Source: an uncultured Acidimicrobiales bacterium
Lineage (GTDB): Bacteria; Actinomycetota; Acidimicrobiia; Acidimicrobiales; VFJN01
Length of the DNA: 64,000 nucleotides
Assembly: GCA_963739835.1 (NCBI GenBank)
Contig: CAVUBW010000026.1
Coordinates: 127,538 to 191,537 of the forward strand
Direction: 5' to 3'
This document shows positions 32,890 through 45,771 of this stretch, in pieces (position 1 is the stretch's first letter; the number at the start of each line of letters is the position of its first letter). A program made the translations under genes and the position numbers. Under the pieces are notes generated by a model. That model saw nothing but the letters and a program-made list of their open reading frames with translations, did not search any database and was not told the origin of the DNA.

Positions 32890-34083
32890 ATGAGGGTTCT
32901 CGTCGTTCACAACCGCTACTCGTCGCGTTCACCCTCCGGTGAGAATGCGGCCGTCGACGACGAGATCCGCTGGCTCGGCATTGCGGGCGTCGACGTGGTC
33001 ACCCACCAGGTCAGCAACGACGAGATGGTCGACGTCGGGCCGCTCGACCGGGTGCGCGACGGGCTCGGCGCGGTGTGGTCGGTCGCGGCCCGCCGGCGCT
33101 TCGAGCGAATGCTCGACGAGTGCCGGCCGGACCTCGTCCACGTGCACAACCTGTTCCCGCTGCTGAGCGCGAGCGTGCCGCTGGCCGCCCGGCGCCGGGG
33201 GACGCCGCTCGTGTGGACCGTGCACAACCGCCGGGTCCGCTGCGTCGCCGGGGGGTACTTCCGGGACGGCCAGCCGTGCCACCAGTGCCGGCCCGGCTGG
33301 CGGGTGCCCGGCGTCGCCCACCGGTGCTACGCCGACTCGCTCGGCGCCAGCGCGCTGGTCACGGCGGCGACCTCGATCTTCCGCCGGGCGGCCCGCCGCG
33401 GGGTCGTGCCGGTCGCCATCAGCCGCACGATCGCCGACTGGCTGGGGTCGGCCGGCGGGTTCGACCGCGCCGCCGTGCGGGTCAAGTACAACGGGGTCGA
33501 CGCCCCGACCGACCCGCCGCCCCCGCCCGGCGAACAGCGGCGGTTCTGCTTCGTGGGGCGGCTGTCGGCGTACAAGGGGATCGTCCCGATGCTGGCGGCG
33601 TGGCGGGCGGCGGACGTGGACGCCGAGCTGCACATCCTCGGCGACGGCGACCTGGCCGCCGAGGTGCGGGCCGCAGCCGCCGCCGACCCCCGGATCGTCT
33701 GGCCGGGCCAGGTCCCGCCGGCCCAGGTCGCCGACACCCTGCGGGCGAGCCGGGCGATGCTGGTGCCGTCGCTGTGGGAGGAGGGGTTCGGCCGGGTGGC
33801 GGCCGAGGCCCAGGCGTTCGGCCGGCCGGTCATCACGTCCGGGCACGGCGGGCTGGCCGAGATCGTGGACGACACGACGGGCTGGATCACCGGCACGTCG
33901 GTCGCTGCGCTGGCCGCCGCGATCGGGGAGGCGGCGACGTCGTCGGAGGCGGTCGACCGCCGGGGGGCGGCGGCGGCCCGGCGCCACGCCGAGCGGTTCA
34001 GCCCCGAGGTCACGACCGCCGAGCTGATCCGCATCTACGAGGACGCCCGCCGGCCGCAGGCGGCGTCGGCCGCGGGGGCATGA
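32890..34083 (+). CDS. GT4 glycosyltransferase (paralog 1 of a tandem pair)
   Basis: ATG 32890 in track ORF 32677..34083: MRVLVVHNRYSSRSPSGENAAV..VHVHNLFPLLS..C-x11-CHQC-x12-C..LVPSLWEEGFGRVAAEAQAFGRPVI. Confidence 0.85.
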   Translation: MRVLVVHNRYSSRSPSGENAAVDDEIRWLGIAGVDVVTHQVSNDEMVDVGPLDRVRDGLGAVWSVAARRRFERMLDECRPDLVHVHNLFPLLSASVPLAARRRGTPLVWTVHNRRVRCVAGGYFRDGQPCHQCRPGWRVPGVAHRCYADSLGASALVTAATSIFRRAARRGVVPVAISRTIADWLGSAGGFDRAAVRVKYNGVDAPTDPPPPPGEQRRFCFVGRLSAYKGIVPMLAAWRAADVDAELHILGDGDLAAEVRAAAAADPRIVWPGQVPPAQVADTLRASRAMLVPSLWEEGFGRVAAEAQAFGRPVITSGHGGLAEIVDDTTGWITGTSVAALAAAIGEAATSSEAVDRRGAAAARRHAERFSPEVTTAELIRIYEDARRPQAASAAGA

Positions 34084-34087
34084 CGCC

Positions 34088-35329
34088 GTGCGGGTCGTCG
34101 TCGTCCACAACCGGTACTCGTCGCTGACCCCGTCGGGCGAGAACGTCTCGGTCGCCCAGGAGGTCGAGGGCCTCCGGGCCGCCGGGGTGGACGTGACGGT
34201 CCACGAGACCTCCAACGACGAGGTGCTGGGCGGCGGCGTGGCCGTGCGCGTGCGGTCGGCGGCCGGGTCGGTGTGGTCGCCGGGCGCGGCGTCCCGCTTC
34301 GGCGCGGTGCTCGACCGGGCCCGGCCGGACCTCGTCCACGTCCACAATCTTTTCCCGCTGTTCACGTCGAGCGTGCCGGGCCGGGCGGTCCGGGCGGGCC
34401 TGCCGGTCGTGTGGACGGCCCGGAACCTGCGCGTGCTGTGCGTCGAGGGCACCCACTTCCGCGACGGCGCCGACTGCGCCGACTGCCGGGCGGGCTGGCG
34501 GGTGCCGGGCATCCGCCACGGCTGCTACCGCGGGTCGGTCGCCGGCAGCGCGCTGATCACGGGGGCGACGTCGATCTTCCGGCGGCTGGCCCGCACCCGC
34601 CTGCAGACGATCGCGATCAGCGAGACGCTGCGCGACTGGCTGGTGGCGGAGGCGGGGTTCGACCCGGATCGGGTGCGGGTGAAGTACAACCCGATCCCGG
34701 CGCCCGGGTCGGCGGCCGCCGTGGGCGACCCCTCGGCGGGCCGGGAGTTCCTGTTCGTCGGCAAGTTCGCCGTCTACAAGGGCATCGACCTGCTGCTCGA
34801 CGCGTGGGGCCGGGTGTCGGCGCCGGAGGCCCGGCTGTGCTTCGTGGGCGACGGCCCGCAGGCCGACACGGTCCGGGCGGCGGCGGCCCGTGACCCCCGG
34901 ATCGAGTGGACGGGCCAGCTCCCGGTGGCGGAGGTGGCCGCCCGCATGGCCGCGGCCAGGGCCGTCGTCGTGCCGTCGGTGTGGGACGAGCCGTTCGGCC
35001 GTGTGGCGGCGGAGGCGTTCGCGACCGGCCGCCCGGTGATCACGACCGGTCGGGGCGGGCTGCGCGAGGTGGTCGGCGACGAGGCGGGCTGGGTGACGGG
35101 GACCGACCCGGCGGCACTGGCGGCGGCCATCGACGAGGCGGCGGCGTCGGACGAGGCGGTGGCGGCGAGGGGCGCCGCGGGCCGGACGCGCCACGCCCGG
35201 CTGTTCTCGGTCGAGGCGACGACGGCGGCGCTCATGGAGCTGTACGAGTCCGCGATCGCGGACCCCGAGCACGGGGGGCGACCGGCGGGTAACATCGCTG
35301 AGGAGCGGGGAAAGCGTCCGCAGCGCTGA
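34088..35329 (+). CDS. GT4 glycosyltransferase (paralog 2 of a tandem pair)
   Basis: Track ORF: MRVVVVHNRYSSLTPSGENVSV..VHVHNLFPLFT..C-x11-CADC-x12-C..VVPSVWDEPFGRVAAEAFATGRPVI. Collinear with the upstream paralog. Confidence 0.85.
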   Translation: MRVVVVHNRYSSLTPSGENVSVAQEVEGLRAAGVDVTVHETSNDEVLGGGVAVRVRSAAGSVWSPGAASRFGAVLDRARPDLVHVHNLFPLFTSSVPGRAVRAGLPVVWTARNLRVLCVEGTHFRDGADCADCRAGWRVPGIRHGCYRGSVAGSALITGATSIFRRLARTRLQTIAISETLRDWLVAEAGFDPDRVRVKYNPIPAPGSAAAVGDPSAGREFLFVGKFAVYKGIDLLLDAWGRVSAPEARLCFVGDGPQADTVRAAAARDPRIEWTGQLPVAEVAARMAAARAVVVPSVWDEPFGRVAAEAFATGRPVITTGRGGLREVVGDEAGWVTGTDPAALAAAIDEAAASDEAVAARGAAGRTRHARLFSVEATTAALMELYESAIADPEHGGRPAGNIAEERGKRPQR

Positions 35330-35350
35330 GGACGGACCAGGGGGAGCATC

Positions 35351-36256
35351 GTGGATACGACCACCACAGCACGCTCTCCCGGGCGGGTTGCGGTCACCGG
35401 GCGCGGCGAATCCGCCGCACAGAGCGATGCCACGTCACCGTCGGTCAACCGGCCCCGGTGGCTGACCTCGCTGGTGGCGGTGCTGGTGGTGGTCGACGGC
35501 CTGGCGATGGCGGCCGCGACGTTGACGGCCAAGCTCACGGTCACGGGCGCGGAGGGCGCCGAGGTCCACATCCGCTCGATCCGCCTGCCCGACACGGCGC
35601 TGGGCCTGGCGACGATCCCCACGTGGCTGGTGATCCTGGCCCTGGCCGACGCCTACGACGTCGGCCCGTTCGGCACGATGTCGGGACTCTGGACGAGGGT
35701 CGTGCGGGCCGGCGCCCAGCTGCTGGCGGTCGTGGCGGTGGCCTACTACGTGCTCCACCTGGCGCTGGTCGGCAGGGGCGTGCTGGCGGCGGTGGTGCCG
35801 CTGGCGGTGGTCTTCACCCTGGGCGCTCGGGCGGCCGTGGCCACCGTCCTGCGCCGCGCCAGACGCCGCGGCCGAGCCCGCCGCACGGCCCTGGTCGCGG
35901 GATCGCGCCGGGGCATCGACGCGGTGATCGACCAGCTGGCGGATCGCCCGGCGAGCGGCATCACCCCGATCGACGCCCTGGTCCTGGGCCCGGACGCCGA
36001 CAACGGCAACGCCGGCAAGCTCCCGGTGGCAGCCGGCGACGTGGGCGCAGCGGTGAGCGCGGCGCTCGCGACGGCAGGCGCCGAGGCGCTGATCGTCACG
36101 GGCGGGCTCGCTCGAGGTCAGCTCCGCGACATCGCCTGGCGCTTGGAGGGCACGGGCGTCGAGCTGCTGGTGATGCCGGCGCCTAGCGAGCTGGAGGAGC
36201 TGAACGCGGACATCCGGCCCGTTGCCGGGCTGCCGTTGTTTTACGTCGAGCGTTGA
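35351..36256 (+). pseudogene. exopolysaccharide polyprenyl-phosphate glycosylphosphotransferase, N-terminal 301 aa only (catalytic C-terminal domain missing)
   Basis: Track ORF has four TM helices, then a Rossmann-like region (RRTALVAGSRRGIDAVIDQL...EALIVTGGL...VELLVMPAP...IRPVAGLPLFYVER*). In this family the Bac_transf domain (about 190 aa) normally follows at this point. Here the TGA at 36254-36256 is followed 2 nt later by repeat copy 2. Confidence 0.7.
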
Positions 36257-36257
36257 T

Positions 36258-36761
36258 CTGGCCGCTGTTCTGGTCTTGGGTTGGGTGTGGGCACTTGCGT
36301 CGCGCGCGGGTCGGCCCTGGGGCTGGTAAGGAGGCCGCCGGGGGCGGCCTCCAATGTGATGGTGGGGGCGGTCGGGTGGGCGTCAAGGACAAGCTCGCTG
36401 CGCTCGGCCGCCTGCGGCGGCTCCTTGACCCCCACCCGACCGCCTTTTTCCACGCACGGTGGCCGTGGGTCGCCTCTGTTCTGGGGTCTTTTCGTTCTGG
36501 GTCGCGAAAGTGGTTGATAACCAACCACTTCCGAGGCCAGTTTCCCGCGCAACGACTTCCCTCCGGTTAAACCAACGGTGTAAGGGTCACCGTGAGTGTC
36601 AAACGGGCGGTCGGGCGGGGGTCAAGGAGCCCCGCAGGGGCCCGTGCGCAGCACGGCTTGTCCTTGACGCCCGCCCGACCGCCCCAACAATCCCCAAAGA
36701 GGCCGCCCCCGGCGGCCTCCTAACCGGCCTCATTTCGTTTTCGTTTCGGTCGTTTTCGTTG
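36258..36761 (+). repeat. ~0.5-kb structured repeat, copy 2 (core 36323-36726), same orientation as copy 1
   Basis: Same hairpin series as copy 1; central palindrome at 36506-36532. The left edge abuts the truncated transferase stop. The right edge lies about 5 nt from the true hspR stop (36766). The tail carries TCGTTT-type short tandem units with a different copy number from copy 1. Confidence 0.85.
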
Positions 36762-36765
36762 TCGT

Positions 36766-37148
36766 TCAGCGGCCGCGGGTGTCGAACACAGCGACCGCCT
36801 GACGCAACGGCACGAGGTCGCGGCGGTACTGGCGGTGGGTGTCGGCCACCGCGGCGGAGGCCTGGCGGCGGACCTCGGCCAGCTCGGCGTGAGGCTGGCG
36901 ACCTCGGCCTCCAGCTCCAGGACCCGCGGCACGCCGTCGAGGTTGAGGCCCTCGTTGGTGAGCTCCTGGATGCGGCGGAGCCGGTCGATGTCGGCGTCGC
37001 TGTAGCGGCGGCTGCCGCCGCTGGTGCGGGCCGGGTCGACCAGGCCCTTGCGCTCGTAGATGCGCAGGGTCTGCGGGTGCACGCCGGCCAGCTCGGCGGC
37101 GACCGAGATGACGTAGACGGCGCGCGTGGACTCACGGGCGGCGGGCAT
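36766..37148 (-). pseudogene. hspR: heat-shock repressor HspR (MerR family) with one frame slip near 36,890
   Basis: [78 protein letters not shown] is in the track frame. After the slip the sequence continues [42 protein letters not shown] (own translation; stop at 36766-36768). Confidence 0.85.
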
Positions 37149-37154
37149 GGCGCA

Positions 37155-38322
37155 TCATCCATCCTCGACTCCGAGATGGGCGCGGGGCGAGCGGCCGTTG
37201 CTGGCCGCGGCCAGGGCCTCGACCGCCGCGCGCTCGCTCGTCGGTCAGCTGCGGCGGGCACCGCGACCTCGACGGTGACGAGCAGGTCGCCGGTGCGCCT
37301 TGGCGGTCGGCGACGCCGCGGCCCTTGCACCCGGAACGTGCGGCCGGACTGGGTGCCGGGCGGGATCCGGAGCGTGACCGGGCCGCCGTCGAGCGTCGGC
37401 ACCTCGACGTCGGCGCCGAGCGCCGCCTCGGCGAAGGTGATCGGCACCGCGCAGCGTGAGGTTGTCGCCGTCGCGGCCGAACAGCGGGTGCGGCGCGACC
37501 GTGGCACGTCGACGAGCAGGTCGCCCGGCGGGCCGCCGTTGCGGCCGGGACCGCCCCGGCCCTTGCAGCCGGATGCGCTGGCCGTCGGCGACGCCGGCGG
37601 GGATGCGCACCTTGACCTCGCGGGGCCGGCGCTCGACGCCGCGGCCCCGGCAGGTCGGGCACGGGTCGGTCGATCGATGCAGCCCCGGCCGCCGCAGGTC
37701 GGGCACGGCTGGGAGAACGAGAAGAAGCCCTGGTTGTCGTCGACCACGCCGCGGCCGCTGCACTCGCGGGCAGGTGTGCGGCGCGGTGCCCGGCTTGGCG
37801 CCCGTGCCGTGGCAGGTGCCGCACGGCGCGTCGCTCGTGAGGTGGAGCGTGGTGGTGAGCCCGCGCACGGCGTCGGCGAAGTCGAGGTGCAGCTCGGCCT
37901 CGAGGTCGTCGCCGCGCTGCGGGCCGGTGCCGCGCGCCGGACCGCCGCGCGCCGCCGCGCCCGCCGACCGCGCCGAACAGGCCGCCGAGCAGGTCGCCGA
38001 GGTCGCCGACGTCCTCGAACCGGAAGCCGCCCGGACCGCCGGGCCGCCGGCGCCGCCGGGCCGCCGAACCCGCCGCCGCATCGGGCCGAGCCGGCGGACC
38101 TCGTCGTACTCCTTGCGCTTGGCCTCGTCGCCGACCACGTCGTAGGCGGCCGAGATCTCCTTGAACCGCTCCTCGGCGGCGGCGTCGCCGGGGTTGGCGT
38201 CGGGGTGGTAGCTCGCGCGCCAGCTTGCGGTACGCCTTGGTGATCTCCTTCGGCGTCGCGTTCTCGGCGACGCCGAGGACCTTGTAGTAGTCCTTCTCGA
38301 ACCACTCGCGCTGCGGTGCCAT
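37155..38322 (-). pseudogene. dnaJ: chaperone DnaJ, frame-disrupted
   Basis: [38 protein letters not shown] / [18 protein letters not shown] / [43 protein letters not shown] / CPTCRGRGV / [19 protein letters not shown] / [11 protein letters not shown] lie in different frames. Own translation gives the true stop at 37155-37157, 6 nt before the hspR ATG. Confidence 0.85.
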
Positions 38323-38973
38323 CAGCCGCTCCTCTCGTCAGCTCCGCGTCGCACCTTCGACCATGCGCCGGCCGCAGCGACCCGGCCCTTCCAGCGGTAG
38401 CCGGTGCGCAGCACCTCGGCGACCACCGGCTCGCCGCCCTCGCCCGGCTCGTGCATGCACCGCCTCGGCGACGGTCGGGGTCGAACGGCTCGCCCTCGGG
38501 GTCGAGCGGCTCGAGGCCCTCCTTCTGCGAGCGCGCCGAGCAGCGCGGCCAGCACCGGCTCGACGCTCGGTCGGCGCCGTGGGCGACGCCGGCCTCGCAC
38601 GCGTCGAGCACCGGGCAGCAGCTCCTCGACGAGCCGGCCGCGTCGGCCCGCTCGACCTCGTCGTCGCTGCCGCTTCTGCGACCCGCTTGCGGTAGTTCTC
38701 GAAGTCGGCCTGCGACCCGGCGGCATGCCTCGAGGTACTGCGTCGCGCTCGGCCAGCAGCACTCGGTCGACGTCGAGCGTCGGCGCGTCGAGTCGCTCGC
38801 CGAGGTCGGCTCGTCGGCCGTCGCCGTCGCCGTCGCCGGTCGCCGGCGCGCGACGTCGGCCGTCGGCGACCGTCGCCGCCGCGTCGTCGGTGCCGGCCGG
38901 CGTCGTCGCTGGCGTCGGCCGGTCGTCCGGCGGCCTCGACCGCCTCGCGGTCGGCTCGGTCGCGGATCGCTCA

Positions 38974-38974
<1 letters not shown>
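38322..38974 (-). pseudogene. grpE: nucleotide exchange factor GrpE, frame-disrupted
   Basis: Fragments LAERD / [10 protein letters not shown] / [15 protein letters not shown] / [15 protein letters not shown] / [35 protein letters not shown] were recovered by own translation in shifting frames. The stop overlaps the dnaJ ATG (TGATG). The start is approximate. Confidence 0.75.
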
Positions 38975-42278
<3,304 letters not shown>

Positions 42279-42926
42279 GCCACCACGGCAGCCCGGGGAA
42301 CGGGCAGCACGAGGCGTCGTCGGCCGCGAAGCCGCCGCCCAGCCCGGCCAGCACCCGGCGGTGGTCGAAGCCCTTGTGGGTCACCCGGATGTCGGCGGGC
42401 CGGCCCGCCGGGCGCCCGGCGAGCGACGCGGCCAGCAGCTCGCGGGTCGAGTAGTCGCTGCGGCGCCGGAACATGACCATGCGGTTGAGCTCCTTGGCGA
42501 GCAGCGGCGGGCCGCCGATGATCGGCACCGAGATCAGCACCTGGCCGCCCGGGGCCAGCATCCGCTCGGCGTCGGCCGCGAACCGGGTGGTCTCGTCGGG
42601 GTAGAGGTGCTCCAGCGTCTCGAAGCAGCACAGCAGGTCGACCGAGCCGTCGGCCACGTCGTCGACGGCGGCCACCGCCTCGTAGCCCTCGGGCTCGTGC
42701 CCGGACTCGGGGTCGAAGCCGAGGAGGGTCAGGTCGGGACGGGCCCCGGCCAGCGCGTTGAGGAAGGCGCCGTCGCCGCAGCCGTAGTCGAGGACCGTGC
42801 CGCCCTGGCGCACCTCGGCGGCTGCCCGGTCGAGCGAGAGCTTGTGGCGCTGCCGGTGGGCGTAGCGCGCGACGGGGTTGGCCGTGTCGATCGTCTGGCG
42901 GTTGTAGGTGACCTCGCGGGTCACCG

Positions 42927-43538
42927 TCACGCCCCCGGGGACGCCGGCACCGCGTCGGCGGTGTCGGCCGCGGCGAGGAAGTTGCGCAGCAGGTCGTGGC
43001 CGCCGGCGGTGAGGACCGACTCGGGGTGGAACTGCACGCCCTCGACCGCCAGCGTGCGGTGCCGCAGCCCCATGACCACGCCGTCGTCGGTCCAGGCGGT
43101 GATCCGGAGCTCGGGCGGGACCGAGGCCCGGTCGACCACGAGGCTGTGGTAGCGGGTCGCCTCGAACGGGTCGGGCAGGCCGGCGAACACCCCGGTGCCG
43201 TCGTGGCGGATCACCGACGTCTTGCCGTGCATGATCTCGGGCGCCCGCACGACCTCGCCCCCGTAGATCTGGCCGATGCACTGGTGCCCGAGGCACACCC
43301 CGAGCACCGGGCGGCGGCCGGCGAAGTGGCGGATGACGTCGTTGGACAGGCCCGCATCCTCGGGCCGGCCGGGACCGGGCGAGATCAGAACCGCGTCGGG
43401 GTCGAGCGCCACGAGGTCGTCGAGCGGCACCTCGTCGTGCCGGCGCACGACCGGGTCGGCGCCCAGCTCGCCCAGGTACTGGACGAGGTTGTAGACGAAG
43501 CTGTCGTAGTTGTCGATGACGAGGACCCGCGCTCCCAC
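42927..43538 (-). CDS. trpG: anthranilate/aminodeoxychorismate synthase component II (glutamine amidotransferase)
   Basis: Tail of artefactual track ORF 42927..44744: VLVIDNYDSFVYNLVQYLGELG...ISPGPGRPEDAG...GVCLGHQCIGQIYGG...GVQFHPESVLT. Confidence 0.88.
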   Translation of the reverse strand: MGARVLVIDNYDSFVYNLVQYLGELGADPVVRRHDEVPLDDLVALDPDAVLISPGPGRPEDAGLSNDVIRHFAGRRPVLGVCLGHQCIGQIYGGEVVRAPEIMHGKTSVIRHDGTGVFAGLPDPFEATRYHSLVVDRASVPPELRITAWTDDGVVMGLRHRTLAVEGVQFHPESVLTAGGHDLLRNFLAAADTADAVPASPGA

Positions 43539-43582
43539 GGCGGCCGAGGCTAACGGGTCCGGGCCCGCCGGGGCACGGGGGA

Positions 43583-45169
43583 TCAGGCCGGCACGGCCTC
43601 GGCCACGGCGACCACCTCGACCGGGCTGGCGAGGGCCTCGGCCAGCAGGTCGGCGCGGCTGTTGGCCGAGTAGAGCTCCAGCGACACGTCCTGTGCCGGC
43701 GCCGGGGTGGCCTCGATCGAGAGGATCCCGCCGTGGCCCTCGCGGCAGGCCACCGACGCCACCCGGGAGGCGTGGTTGCGGTCGAGCCCGACGGCGATGC
43801 GCAGGATCCCGGCCAGCACCCGCACCCGCTGCTGGTCGTCCGGCGCCAGCGCGGCGAACTCGGGGTGCTTCTTCCGGGGGGCCGACTTGCGGTGGTAGCG
43901 GGCGACCTGGGCGATCAGCTCGATCTCGCGGTCGGTGAACCCGGTGAGCAGCTCGCTGTTGCGGATGACGTAGTAGCTGTGCTTGTGGTGCCCGGCGTGC
44001 GACACGAACAGGCCCACGTTGGCCAGCAGCGCCGCCGCCTCCAGGACCTCGCGGCTGTCGTCGCCGAGCCGGTGGCGCCCGGCGGTGGCGTCGAACAGGT
44101 CGAGCGCCAGCCGGGTCACCTGGGCCGAGTGGTCGGGGTCCTCGTCCATCTGCTCGGCCAGGCGCAGCACCGAGCGCCGGCGCAGGTCGGAGAGGTGGTG
44201 CAGCGAGCCGCCGTGCTCGCGCCGCCAGGTGTCGAGCAGGACGCCCTCCCGCAGGGCGTAGTCGGAGAACACCAGCTCGTCGATGCCCGCTGCGTGGACG
44301 ACCTGTTCGAGGATCAGCGCGCCGGCCAGGATGATGTCGGCCCGCCGGGGGTCGAGGCCGGGGATCCGGGACCGCTCCTTGACCGTCGGCGCCTTGACCA
44401 GCCGGCGCACCACGCCGTCGATGTCCTCGCGGGTGATCCGGAAGTTGTTGAGCGTGCGGGGCACGCCGCCCTCCTGGCGGGCCGCGGCCATGGCGCACAC
44501 GGCGCCGATGGTCCCCGACGACCCGACCGCCACCTCGAACCCGGCCCGGCGGACCTCGCGCACGGCCGGGGTGAGCACGGCCCGGATGTCGCGGCGGCAC
44601 GACTCGACCGCGCCCGCCGAGAGCTTGGGGCGGGACAGGTAGCGCTTGGTCAGGCGGATCGAACCGAGCTTGAGGCTGCGGGCGGTGAGGATCTCGCCCT
44701 TGGCCCCGACCACCAGCTCGGTCGAGCCGCCGCCGATGTCGCACACGAGCACCTGGCGGTCGAACACGGGGACGGCCTGGAGCACGCCGAGGTGGATCAG
44801 CCGCGCCTCCTCGAAGCCGGAGATCACCTCGACGTCGATGCCCTCGGCCCGGGCCCGCTCGATGAACGCCGACCGGTTCTCGGCCTCGCGGACCGCCGAC
44901 GTCGCCACCGCCCGCATCGACGCGCCGTGGATGGCCGCGACCTGCTTGAACCGGACCAGCGCCTCGATGCCGCGGGCGATCGCCCCGGGCGTCATCCGCT
45001 TCATGTCCCCCGCAGCCGAGCCGAGGCGCACCATCTCGCGCTCGCGTTCGAGCACCTCGATGCGGTGCTCGCCGACGCGGGCCACGACGAGGTGCACCGA
45101 GTTCGTGCCGATGTCCACGGCGGCGAGCACGCTGTTCACCACAGGTGAGCGTAAGGCTGCCGAGGGCAT
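43583..45169 (-). CDS. Ppx/GppA family phosphatase with C-terminal HD domain
   Basis: Track ORF 43583..45409, trimmed to ATG 45169 (MPSAALRSPVVNSVLAAVDIGTNSVHLVV..DIGGGSTELVV...HHKHSYYVIRNSELL). Confidence 0.85.
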   Translation of the reverse strand: MPSAALRSPVVNSVLAAVDIGTNSVHLVVARVGEHRIEVLEREREMVRLGSAAGDMKRMTPGAIARGIEALVRFKQVAAIHGASMRAVATSAVREAENRSAFIERARAEGIDVEVISGFEEARLIHLGVLQAVPVFDRQVLVCDIGGGSTELVVGAKGEILTARSLKLGSIRLTKRYLSRPKLSAGAVESCRRDIRAVLTPAVREVRRAGFEVAVGSSGTIGAVCAMAAARQEGGVPRTLNNFRITREDIDGVVRRLVKAPTVKERSRIPGLDPRRADIILAGALILEQVVHAAGIDELVFSDYALREGVLLDTWRREHGGSLHHLSDLRRRSVLRLAEQMDEDPDHSAQVTRLALDLFDATAGRHRLGDDSREVLEAAALLANVGLFVSHAGHHKHSYYVIRNSELLTGFTDREIELIAQVARYHRKSAPRKKHPEFAALAPDDQQRVRVLAGILRIAVGLDRNHASRVASVACREGHGGILSIEATPAPAQDVSLELYSANSRADLLAEALASPVEVVAVAEAVPA

Positions 45170-45214
45170 CCGCGGCGGACGTACCCCGGCCGGAGAGCGT
45201 CTAATCTGGCACCC

Positions 45215-45509
45215 ATGGCCAAGCCAGCGAAGCGCCACGTCCCCGGGGGCCGGGTCACGCCGAAGGGCGGGTCCGGCGACAAGGGCCGCCCCCCGCAGTC
45301 CGGGCGCTACACGCCGCCGGTGCCACGCCAGGTGCAAGGTCAGCCCGATCTGGGTGCCGATCCTCATGTTCGGCCTGCTCGGCGCCGGCCTGGTGGTCAT
45401 CTTCCTCAACTACCTCGGCCTGCTGCCCGGCGGCGTCAGCAACGCCTACCTCGGCGCCGGCCTCGGGGCGATCTGCGCCGGCATCATCGTGGCCACGCAG
45501 TACCGCTGA
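45215..45509 (+). pseudogene. crgA: cell division protein CrgA with one frame slip near 45,335
   Basis: MAKPAKRHVPGGRVTPKGGSGDKGRPPQSGRYTPPVPRQV (frame of ORF 45215..) then VSPIWVPILMFGLLGAGLVVIFLNYLGLLPGGVSNAYLGAGLGAICAGIIVATQYR* (frame of ORF 44646..45509). Two TM segments, actinobacterial CrgA layout, with the conserved trpG/ppx neighbourhood. Confidence 0.75.
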
Positions 45510-45771
45510 CCCCCTACCGCGCGGTGGCGCGCGGTTGCTACTGTCCGCCCCCGGAATGTGACGGTCGCGGAACGTGGGCAACCGGCCGTTTTCCGGCGTG
45601 TCACCTGGTCGCCGCCCTATACCCCCTGCAGGTGGACGGCAAACGTCCGAAGTTACATCGGTGTTACTCTCCCCAGGCTTGTCCACAGGCTGTGGGCAAG
45701 TGGTGAACCTGTTCGCGTGGCGCGCCCCCCAGCGCTTAACCGGCGGTAGCCCGCGGGGGCACTGATGCCGG

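Noticed and set aside
45510-45771. 6C RNA or a tRNA in the crgA downstream region
   Set aside because: C-rich loops are present, but I could not obtain the two-hairpin 6C architecture. No T-arm or acceptor pattern is present. It is kept only as an unclassified sRNA candidate.
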